Source: Intoshia linei
Lineage: Eukaryota; Animalia; Orthonectida
DNA length: 50,837 nt
Direction of reading: 5' to 3'
Assembly: GCA_001642005.1 (NCBI GenBank)
Contig: LWCA01000121.1
Coordinates: forward strand, 1-50,837
A model generated the notes under the pieces. That model saw only the letters and a program-made list of their open reading frames with translations, was not told where the DNA came from and did no database searches. Every line of letters begins with the position of its first letter. Position 1 is the stretch's first letter. Shown here piece after piece: positions 27,189 through 38,000 of the stretch. The translations under genes and the position numbers were made by a program.

Positions 27189-30100
27189 ATGAGCTTTGCA
27201 TCAAAACTGGTAATAATTATAAGTTTTGTATCTACAACATGCAAACTTGTGCTTCATCAGGACCAATTCAACCAATCATACACTCATAATAATGACATAA
27301 TTGAAAAATTTTCCATTAGATTAGTTGGCTCAGAAATCAGTGGTATAGGCAATGTACAAATTAGAAAGAACCATGATGAATGGAAGTGGGTGTGTGATGA
27401 TGGATGGAATAAAAAATCTGCTGACATTGTATGTTCAATGATGGGATATAGTGGTTCTTTAACACCAACCAATAGTACATACTTTGATGTATCCGAAAAT
27501 GATGGTAATTTTCACATAAAATACAATAAATTAACAAATGTATAGCGATCACTGATTTTGGATTAGATGACATTTACTGTAATGGTACGGAAAAAAATAT
27601 TTTACTATGCTATCACAAAGGATGGAATAGCCATGATTGTAATATGAATGAAATTGCTGGTGTATATTGTAATGTGAACAATGAAAAATTAACTAATCTA
27701 CCATCCAATGAATACCTGCAAAATATTTTTGATGACAATTTTACTCAAAAGCAAAATATTTATTTTGATGAAGTGAAGGTATTTATTTAAATAAGTGACT
27801 ATCAAACTTAGTTTAACATTTTTTTAGAGTATGTTCGATTATATATATTTGATTGTATATACTAGGGGTGTGACCAAATTTTTATATCAAAAGTACACCC
27901 ACCACCCAATGAGCAGTTTGGATGACATTTCACAGCTCTTTAAAAAAGCTTTAAACTTTTGAACAATTTATCGCTCTGTTTGTAACTAATATTTATGAAT
28001 TGTTTTAAATTTTTATTGATTTAACTATTTTTTTTCAATTTACTAATATATACAGTCAATTCTGTTCTATATGAACTCAGCTCAATATAAACACGACAAT
28101 TTTGTTTTAACAAACATTGATTAGACATTTCAAAACATTTAATTATATTATTATCGCCATTCATATATGTTCATATTACAGTATAGTATGAAAATGATCA
28201 AAACTTGGTCCCTTCATGTTCATATAGAACAGAATCGACTGTATATTTAAATTTATTTATATTTCTACTTATATATTATATTATTACATGTCATACTAAT
28301 AATATATAAATACATGATATAATATTTATATTATTAAATATTTCAAAATGAATTGTGTATCATTATTATCAGACCTAAAGCGAGAGGATCACATTTACTG
28401 ATATCAATGATACGATTAAAAGCATGATTATTAACTAATGATAATTAACAATTAATTATAAATTTGTAAAAATACGTGCAAGCGATATCAAATTAAAATT
28501 CTAGTTTTATCATTCTAACATTAATTTTAAATAATCAATCTTGCACAATGAATACTAAACCATAAAAAAAGAATTTCACTCCTATTACAATATTATCATG
28601 GATAGAATTATCACAAAATGTAACGACGAAGAAAAAACTCTCCAATTTTACTTCGTCATCGACGATGATCAGCTGGATTATTTTTTCAAATGTCTTAACA
28701 CCGCTGACGAACACATTTTTGAAACATTAAAAAAATCATGGCTCTCTAACTAAAAACGCATTCAATTTCAATTTTTACAGCCCGCTACATTATTAAACAC
28801 AAAACAAACACCTGAGCCTAAAAGTTAATATTCAAAATTACATCATCACAAATATTTTATTAAAAGTCATTTATTAATCCATATCTCATAAATAATTAAA
28901 AATAACTATTTAATGTTGCCGAATTTAATTAAAATCAAAATTTGATTAATTAAAATGATGTATGATAATCAAATATTTCATGAAAATTTAAATTGAAATT
29001 TGAAAAATTATAAAAAAAAACGAATCAAAAGTATGTCAACACTTATTAAAACAGATTAAAATAAATGTATTATTATTTAAAACGTTTAATTTAGTATTTT
29101 GTATTATGGCCCTCTGAGATACCGTATGTTTCCATTCGATTTGGTAGGCTAAGATATAATTGTTTCCTAAATGTTTTCGTTGTGAGGAAAAAGAGGTATG
29201 AGGTTATGCTTTATAACTGTTTGGTACATAGAGTTTATATTACCATCTACTTTGACAACATATTTCTTACCACCACTTGAGAAAGCTCCCATATCATAAC
29301 ACCACCTCCACCAAACCTTTTACTGACTTTTTTTGACAATTCATGGCGTAAGTCATGGCAGTAATAATTGTAGTAATCAGGACCATCTAGATTGAAGTTT
29401 TTTTCATCAGTCCAAATGATATTTTTGGGATCTATATTACTCTTCAGATAATTTTCCGCCCACTTTACTCTGAAGTCCTCGTGTCTTGCTAGTAATTTTG
29501 GCTTTGGTTTAATTTTAACAAGGATGATATTTTGGTTTGACTTCATAACATTGTAAAGTTTACGGTTTACTAAGTTTAGTATACGGAAGATTTTGATATA
29601 TTTATTCCCTTAGAGCACATAATCGCCGCAACACCTCTTACTCCTTTATTAGGATTCGAAGTTACCTCCCTTATAATGACTCTTTTTGTCCTATCTGACA
29701 TTTTAGTTTTCGCATCAGCTCTTTTTGTCCTCATTTGCTGCTCCTAAAATGAATTTTTTTCATCATCACTTAATTTGCAACCTCTACCCATGTTCTAAGT
29801 AAATTGTTATAAAATTATTATTAATTAGTATAATTAAAAATCTGATTTTTCAATATGTTGTTATACTTTATGGAAACTCGTGTTTTTGTATTTTTAACGT
29901 TTTTATTAAAAAACTTTAGTTAATTTTGTTTTTTTTCAATTATGACAATCTTACAATGTGCATGTCCAACATGCCAATTTTTATAAATTTTGATCTACAA
30001 ATATAATTGTTATTAACGAAATGATAGTGTTGTTATAATTATTGGACGGAGTGTATAACGAGTAGAAAAGTATATTGGTCACATATATCAGTGGTTCTTA

Positions 30101-33100
30101 AACGTTTTTGTATACATCACCCCAGGTTTTTTCCTTTATCTACATAAGATATAATGTCTGAATTGTTTACGTTTTTTTAAAAACTAATATTATTAGATTA
30201 TTTCGTGTTTTTTTTTTAAATTATTTAAATCGCAAAATTTATATATTCGGGTAAAAAAAGCATATTACCGTGCTAATAATTATTATAATCAATATTTTTC
30301 AAATTATTTTATAAAAATGTAATAAATACTAAGAATCCTACATGTATCTACAACGTATGTATATGATCATATAGTAGTATTCTTAATAAGTGACATAACA
30401 TCTGTTAATATTGTGTAATCGGTTACACCTTATTATTAGGTTTAAATGCTTGCATCCAAATTTGATAATCACGGATCTAGATATTAATTATTTTCAGTTA
30501 CAGATAAAAGCCATAAAGTTAAACAAAAACTCAGAAAATATTGGTATAGTAGAAGTAGAGCTAAATAATGGAAAAACAGGTATAATATGTGGAGATGAAT
30601 GGACAATGAACGAAGCAAATTTGGTGTGTCGGTATTTGAATATGGGTATGGCTGGAAAAATATTACGGGTAATTTTAAATATAAATGTATAACAATGTTC
30701 ATACCAGTGCACTGGAAATACATTTTATAAATTATACTAATATTAGGGCATAACATACATAGAAAACTGTTTTATCGGAAATGCGTTAATTATATTATTG
30801 TGATCACGTTTGGTTAAGAGTATATAAATACATATCTACACAATTTACAATATATGTTATCATGATTATAATTAACAATTATTACGTATAAATATTTTTA
30901 TATTTGAATATTAATGATTTAAATTATAATTGAAATAAATACAAACATGCAGGTTTTTCAGATGCCAGTTTCTGAGTGAGAATTCGGACATTCCATATAA
31001 GAATGGTTCATGAGTTGGGTCGAGGTAGGTCGATTGTGAGTGCTTCTATCAAGACAAGATTGAATTAGGCTCATTAGTTTAAGGTTATTTATTTTATCAA
31101 AAATAATTGGTTTTGATTTATTAATAATTGTTTTTGCAATTATAACGTATTCATTTCCCAGGTGATCAAAGGGTGTACACCCATACGTGATTCTGTACAA
31201 TATTATACCCAAAGACCAAATGTCTGAATAAGCACCGATTCTAGTATCATTTTCACTAGTAGATTTATTATACAATGATGTATTTTTGGAATCATCAGAA
31301 TGACGTCTTACAAATTCTGGATTAGCTGATTGTATAGATTCAGGACTCATATAAGCAAGAGTTCCACACTCATTGTTGTGACATCCAGTGGGATTGTCAT
31401 CTTCCATTGTAAAGGAAAGTCCGAAATCTATGAGCTTGAGTGTATAACCGCACATAATAAAATTAGATGGTTTTATATCACCATGAATTATACCGAATTC
31501 ATGTATAGAATGTACGCACAACACCATTTGATACCAAATCCAATGCCTAAATGTAGAATTTAAAACTTCATTTGGTCGACGACGTCGAATGCCAATAGGT
31601 TTTCCGTTTGAATTATACTTGAAGCATCCTCCATTTATACTATAATCTTTTAATAAAATTTGTTCTAAATCTGCATATCCTTTTTCCAAAATAATATAAA
31701 TTTCTTTACCTGTATCATTAACATAATAGTCTATTAAATTTATAACATGTTTAGAGTGGCGAAGGATTTTTAAAAATTCAATTTCTTCAAAACTTTTTCT
31801 TATCCGTATTTCATCAAAATTATTTAATTTCATATGTTTAACAGCTACAGACTCCATTTGCTCATTGAGTGCTGAGTATACGACAGAAAATCCACCTTTA
31901 GCTATTTCTTTCAAAATTATATATTTTTTATTATTTAAATTCAATGATTTTCCCAATAAGTTCTCCACGTTTTCAAAACTAAATTTATAATAATCGGTAT
32001 CTGGAAGAATTCGACTTATTTCACGTTCCTCGACAGCATAATTAAAATCAGTGAAAGAATCACAATGTACATTTTGAGAAATATTAGGTTCATTGGAAGG
32101 TATTTCAAATGTATCATTCATCATAAGACTAATTGGCATTTTTGGAGTATCGGTAATGTATTTTTTTCTATAGTATTCATTTTTGGATTTTTTGGTGATA
32201 TTTTCTTCGTTTTCCATTTATTTAAATTCAATTTTCATCTTTTCATAAAATTTTAATAAATTATCAATCATAAATTATCTTGTAGTCATATTCAATAAAT
32301 AATTGTTTAAACTATTTTAATTCTAAAAATATTTAAGATCTTACATTCATAATAACTACTCCAAATTATATGTGACCACTAGTCGGTCCTGACAAATGAT
32401 AATAAATGATGAGTTGAACTACACTCTATATAGGCATACCATGCATCCATCTCTTGGATTATACATTCACATCCTTTTCTTCATAATATTCTTTTCAAGT
32501 TTTAGTATATTTGTAGGCCCTTCTAATCTAATTGATATTTTTAATATTCCTTACGTTTCAATTGAGTTTAGATCTGACATTTTAACATCCCAATGGACAG
32601 TGCCCAAATTATACCACCACTGCATTTTGTTTTCGATTACATATCAATATTATTTTAATAATATTGTCAGTATATACTATATACCAGCCATCCTCAACAG
32701 GGTCCACAGCACTTTTTTGGGGTCCATGAAAATTATATACATTTATTACATATTATAGACATTTTCAGTAACATAAAGTCGTTTTTAAAACATAAAGGCT
32801 CAGAAATACTAATATAAAACGTGAAAATCATGTAAAAGTAAATTCTTTGGTATTAAATTAAATTACTTACAAGTGTAAAAACTTATTGGGAAACCTCCAT
32901 TGTTCTATTTTAGGAGCATCGTTTTATTTAATTATTTTATTAAAATGTATTACCAAGCCAAGTTTCTAGTCATAAAAAAATTTTTAAATTTGAAATTGAA
33001 AATGGGACAAAAAATCAGTCAATATTCATGATTCTGTGAAGCATCAACCAAGGGATATAAAATATTAATTATTCACAGGGAGATAGATAATATAGACTTT

Positions 33101-34970
33101 TTATTGATTTGATAAAATATGTAGTAAACAATTAATAATGTACTGTAAACAATACCTAAAAAACATGTTCGATTTTGAGAACATTAACGGGTTAAAGGTT
33201 AATATTAATAGTTTATCAAGTTTATCACTTCGCAAAAATAGAGTACTCCATGTATTTTGACCATCATGCGTTTCACCCAAATGTAATGATTGATTGAAAA
33301 TTGTCATTATTATTAATTTTTTTGTGGGTCTACAGGTTTTATGTAATATCATCTTATGGATCCTCAGCGAAAAAGGGTTGAGAATGTCTGCTATATACCA
33401 TTATATATTAGAGTAAACTGATTGTATCACATCAATCACCGTCTTGTTCAAACACATCAAAACTGTTCTTTCTTATAATACATTATTTACAATATAATTA
33501 ATATATTACTTTAGCATTCACCAATTGACGTTAAATTACATAAATTAATTTCTAAAATTGGATGCTCTGATGCAGAATATAACATAGAAATGTGCTATAT
33601 CAATTTAATCAATGAAAATAAACCTTGCTCCTCTCCAAATAGTGTAGCTAGTGTTAAATGCGTTCATAGTAAATATATTATAAAAATGTATTAAATTAAA
33701 TTTTAGATTTACCTGATTTGGTAATGAACAAAACACTATTACAAGAATCTTTAATTTTAAAATTTGTACCTCTTTATTATTTGTAATGAATTTCAAAAAA
33801 CTATATACATTTAAGAATTGTTAAATATGTATTGATATGAAATGATATGTGATGGTTTTTTGGCTTCGTAGTCATTGCATACTTAAATATATTACATAAC
33901 TTATATTTATCATTGTTTACCAACATCGGCGTAACCTTAATTGTGGAAAAGATTTTTTAAATTTTACTTTTATACAAAAGATTATATCAGTACAATTTAT
34001 AAATAGACTGTGATATAGGGTTTACGGTCTTTAAAACTTATTATATAGGTAAAAAGGTTTATAATAAAAAAGGAATTATCAACAATTTATAAAAAAAATT
34101 ATAAGATTATTAATTATAATTATAAATTATAAAAGGACAGTTTCTGATTATTTATAGGAATACTATAGTTTACAAAAATGGATGCTTTTGTTTCTTTTCG
34201 GTGTCACCTTTTAAATAATATTTTATTTTCCATTTGTATAAGAGATGTTATGTAGTGTAAATTAATTTACTCTTTTAGGCAATGTGCCATGGAAGAGAAT
34301 TGCCTTGCATCTACAGCATATGCCATAGTTCAAAACATAAAAGGTCTAATTTTTTAATATTGATTGGTCAAATGTATAGATTGGAGATTAAAATATAGAA
34401 AATTGTTAAGATTTTCAGCAAGTTTTTGGAACTTTGGCACGGCTGATTTCCTACCATATACTGATGAGCCTGAATGGAAATGGCACGAATGTCATTTGTT
34501 AGTTATATTAACTTAGATAATAATAAAATTTAGACATTATCATAGTATCGAAAACTTTGCAGTTTACTATATACGCGACGACAATGGAAACGAACTGGCT
34601 CAAGGGCACAAAGCATCGTTTTGTTTAGAAGATGTAAAATGCCTTCCCAATATCAGAAAAAAATATATTTGTCAAGGATATGGGAAACAAGGCATTTCTG
34701 TTGGTTGTGCAGATAGTTATTTTAGTAACATTGACTGTCAATGGGTAGATATTACGGACCTACGCCCTGGAAATTATGATTTAGTTGTAATAGTTACTTT
34801 GGCTAATATGAATATCAATGTGCTTTATAGCAAATTTTTAGGTACATGTTAATCCAGATAAACGGGTAGCTGAATTGAACTATGATAACAATGTTGTAAA
34901 ATGCAGTTTCACGTATACTGGAACAAAAATTCGAGTTGGTGGATGTTCATTTATATCGGGTAGAACTTGA
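27189..34970 (+). CDS. Lysyl oxidase-like protein (signal peptide, 2 SRCR domains, LOX catalytic domain)
   Basis: SRCR1 IRLVG..WKWVCDDGWNKKSADIVCSMMGY; SRCR2 (30498-30668 + 33515-33668) GIICGDEWTMNEANLVCRYL. The LOX domain reads LPDLV..LQCAMEENCLASTAY..RKLLRFS..WKWHECHLHYHS (copper-binding) ..GHKASFCLED..GCADSYFSNIDCQWVDITD. Stop TGA 34968-34970. Confidence 0.95.
28053..28241. mobile_element. pogo/Tigger-like MITE, 189 bp, in LOXL intron
   Basis: TA-CAGTCAATTCTGTTCTATATGAAC ... GTTCATATAGAACAGAATCGACTG-TA: 24-bp TIRs with 1 mismatch. Confidence 0.88.
29120..30053 (-). mobile_element. Tc3/Tc1-like transposon relic in LOXL intron
   Basis: ATG 29791 MGRGCKLSDDEK, then (frameshifted) KPKLLARHEDFRVKWAENY..IIWTDEKNFNLDGPD..RFGGGGVMIW. 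Probable terminus TA-CACTCCGTCCAATAA at 30053; the other end was not located. Confidence 0.85.
30958..32217 (-). CDS. Mps1/TTK-family protein kinase, intronless, nested antisense in a LOXL intron
   Basis: IAKGGFSVVY, VAVK, WYQMVLCVHSIHEFGIIHGDIKPSNFI..LKLIDFG, GTLAYMSPESI and SDIWSLGIILYRITYGCTPF match the Mps1 pattern (IVHSDLKPANFL..LKLIDFGIA, MTYGKTPF). Confidence 0.88.
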   Translation of the reverse strand: MENEENITKKSKNEYYRKKYITDTPKMPISLMMNDTFEIPSNEPNISQNVHCDSFTDFNYAVEEREISRILPDTDYYKFSFENVENLLGKSLNLNNKKYIILKEIAKGGFSVVYSALNEQMESVAVKHMKLNNFDEIRIRKSFEEIEFLKILRHSKHVINLIDYYVNDTGKEIYIILEKGYADLEQILLKDYSINGGCFKYNSNGKPIGIRRRRPNEVLNSTFRHWIWYQMVLCVHSIHEFGIIHGDIKPSNFIMCGYTLKLIDFGLSFTMEDDNPTGCHNNECGTLAYMSPESIQSANPEFVRRHSDDSKNTSLYNKSTSENDTRIGAYSDIWSLGIILYRITYGCTPFDHLGNEYVIIAKTIINKSKPIIFDKINNLKLMSLIQSCLDRSTHNRPTSTQLMNHSYMECPNSHSETGI

Positions 34971-35008
34971 ATTATAAATTTAGTCTAAATTTTAATTTAT
35001 ACAAAATT

Positions 35009-38000
35009 TTAGCTGATTTTCTTCCATATTAATGAATCAATACTTATTTCAAAACAACACATGGGGCATTCATTTACGTTTTCAAGGTATCTAAAATGTA
35101 TACATATATTTTGAAATAAAACTACACCTACTCTTCAAATGTGCATTTATAAGACCCGTAATGACAATTTGGGCACTCCAGAATCTCTGTAACGCTATAA
35201 TGGCAACCCTTAATAGAATTATAAACAAAAAAACACAATTTTTACAGTAATTATGCAATAAGGTAAGTGTTTTTCGCATTTTGGACACAATAATTCCATT
35301 TCGTCAAATGCTTCTTTACAGTAACAGCATGGGGATTTTGTAGGTAATATTTGTATAGATTTTTGTTTCCTGTATGGAATTTAATAATTTTATTTCGCAT
35401 CTATATTACCTCACTACTAATTCAATCATCTTACGGTGTTTTTTATCTATGTATTCTTTTTTGTCTGGTTGTAACAACGTTGCAGCAAATTTGAAAGCGG
35501 ATTTATTTAAATTTGCGTAATTACATTGTAATACCGCGAAAGTCAATATCTTTACGGAATCTAATAATATTTACATGCATTGCATACTCTTACGCTTATT
35601 AAATTTGCTTATATTGTTTGCAATTCGAATGAGCAATCGTGCTGCTAACATATGATTCTTTTGTACAGCATGAACCTATACAAATATTAATACACGCAAT
35701 ATATAATTGTATCAATTAATATTATAATAATGATTTTAATGTAAAAGTATAAATAAATATAATATCACAGCGAGGTCGTAGGTTGCTAGGTATTTTTTAA
35801 ATATCTGGAATATAGAAAATTGAGTGGCCTGCAAATGTTACCCAAATTTAATTTAAAATTCAGATATATTTTTTAAATTTTAAAAAATTTGTGTTGTGCC
35901 ATTTTTTAATTGATTAGAGCAGTGGTTCCCAATTCCAAAAATTTTTGAATTATAGTTTACAGTCTCATGACACACCTAATTTTCCCTTGCGACGCACTAG
36001 AGCGCCGCGGGGCATGGTTTGGGAACCACTGGATTAGACAACAGCGAGAGAGGGAAAAAATTAAAATATACAAGTAAACTATATTACCTTTATCATAAGA
36101 TAACTTTGAAGTAACATCAAATTATTCAACATTTCAGATGAAGGGTCGATACCTTGCTTTCGTAGTTCCAGTTCCATTATCAATAAGGTGTCTCTCGCTT
36201 AAAATTTTATTTATATTTTCCAGTATTTACCATTTCTAAAATTTCCATCAGCCTGTTCTTCATTTGCTATTATTATAGCTGTTTTAGCAGCTTCTGGATA
36301 TTTTTTAAGAGCCATATACAATTTGAATAAATAACGAGCATCCTAAATAATAATTACCAAAACATCAACTCATATCAATATTAAAATATACATATGTATA
36401 TAAAACTGTTTAGGATGTATTCACATTTCAATATATAAATCTCATCTACTCTAAAAAAAATAGTAAATCCATTAAATACTATATTTGATTTAAAATTTTA
36501 CATTCCAAAGAATAAAAATACTTTTTCAGACCCAGTGTATATACCATTTTGGTAACCCCAGTAAACATTTTATAATATTAATTGTGATCAATGGTGATCA
36601 CTGAGCATTTTTAATTTTAATTAAAATGCCAAACAAACCTTTGGTATCCCATCTACATCGCCTAGCAAAAATTCGATCAAATACGAAACAAGTTGATCAT
36701 CATTTGCAACACCAACAGTTTTTATTGATCCTTCAATACTTTCTTTTTCGTTTAATTTTGAAGCTGATATATAATTTATTAACGCCTATATTCACATCAT
36801 TAGCATTTTGAATTGTTATATTTATTTAAAAACCTTTTTATATTCTTTGCATTTGAATGAAAAATTTGCCGCTCTCAAATAATCTTTCTTTTCATAAAAA
36901 TATAAAGACAAACTTTTAAAATCATCTATCGATGCATTGTCTCCTAATAGGTAAATTAAATGAATTTATTAAATGTTATTTTAATGTAAAATTATAGATA
37001 ATAAAAATAATATAAACCAACAATAGCTGAATATACTTCCATCTGATTGTGCATTTGTGCAATTTTGAATGCTTCCGCGTGACACTTGGATAAGACCAAA
37101 AACTGCACAGCAGAAGCATAATCCTGTAATGTATTTTCAAAATACCTATAATTTGTAATCAAAAATTAATATTAATTATATTTATGTACCTAGCTAACCG
37201 TTTTGCTGCATTAATAGAATCTGTTTGTTGCACCAATATCACCGCATCCTCAGGGTTATTCAATTTATCCAAATATATTCTGATAGCGTGATCATATTCT
37301 TCTGCTTTTTTATAATATAATACACTCTTTTCTAATTCTCCTGAAGCTTCTTTAGCCCTAGCAAACTGATAAAATAAACGAGGTTGATGAACAAATTCTA
37401 ATTGTCTTTCTACTGCTTCCCTAAATTTCATTTGTTAACAAATATATAATAATTTACCAATTTTTGTTTCGTATGTAACACTCTGCAGCTTTATCATATA
37501 TATTACATTTTTCATATAAATTTGCGGCTTCATTCCATTGCTGTAAATATGATTATGTTTAAAATACTAATACTTTTAATTTTTCCAATATTTCAGCACA
37601 TTCAAGTTTCAAATCTTTTTTATCGAGTTCCAATGCCATATTTATTCCCCTAAACGTTTTTTTTTTAAATAACAAAATAATAAATACTCTCTAATTTGGC
37701 CTGATTGTATTAAACACCTAGAAATACCACCCTTGCATATCTCAATATAATTTTGAGGAATATCCTCTTTCACTCCTTTAAAGGAATCGTGGTTTTCGAT
37801 TGATGTATTGTACATCACTAAAGCTTTCGATGTATCTTCATGTAACTCTAATTCTTGGGCATATTGTAAAGTAATCAATTCAACGCTTCCTGGGGATATT
37901 GTTTGAGCAAGTCTTAAAGCTTCATCCCACTGCAACAAATTTCGTCGCATTTGTAAGGCCAAATTAGGTTTTGAAGAATTCATAAACAAGTTTTGAGCTT

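Noticed and set aside
32380-32480. Minus-strand GCECIIQEMDAWYAYIECSS resembling the Rho-GTPase YxECS motif
   Set aside because: No G1-G4 motifs could be recovered in frame.
33030-33400. Possible pogo/Tigger transposase remnant (KVYIIYLP..)
   Set aside because: Only a weak partial motif; no catalytic signature recovered.
33707-33782. Suspected frameshift in the LOXL exon after LPDLV
   Set aside because: On re-reading, the frame is open (VMNKTLLQESLILKFVPLYYL) and splices correctly to QCAMEENC.
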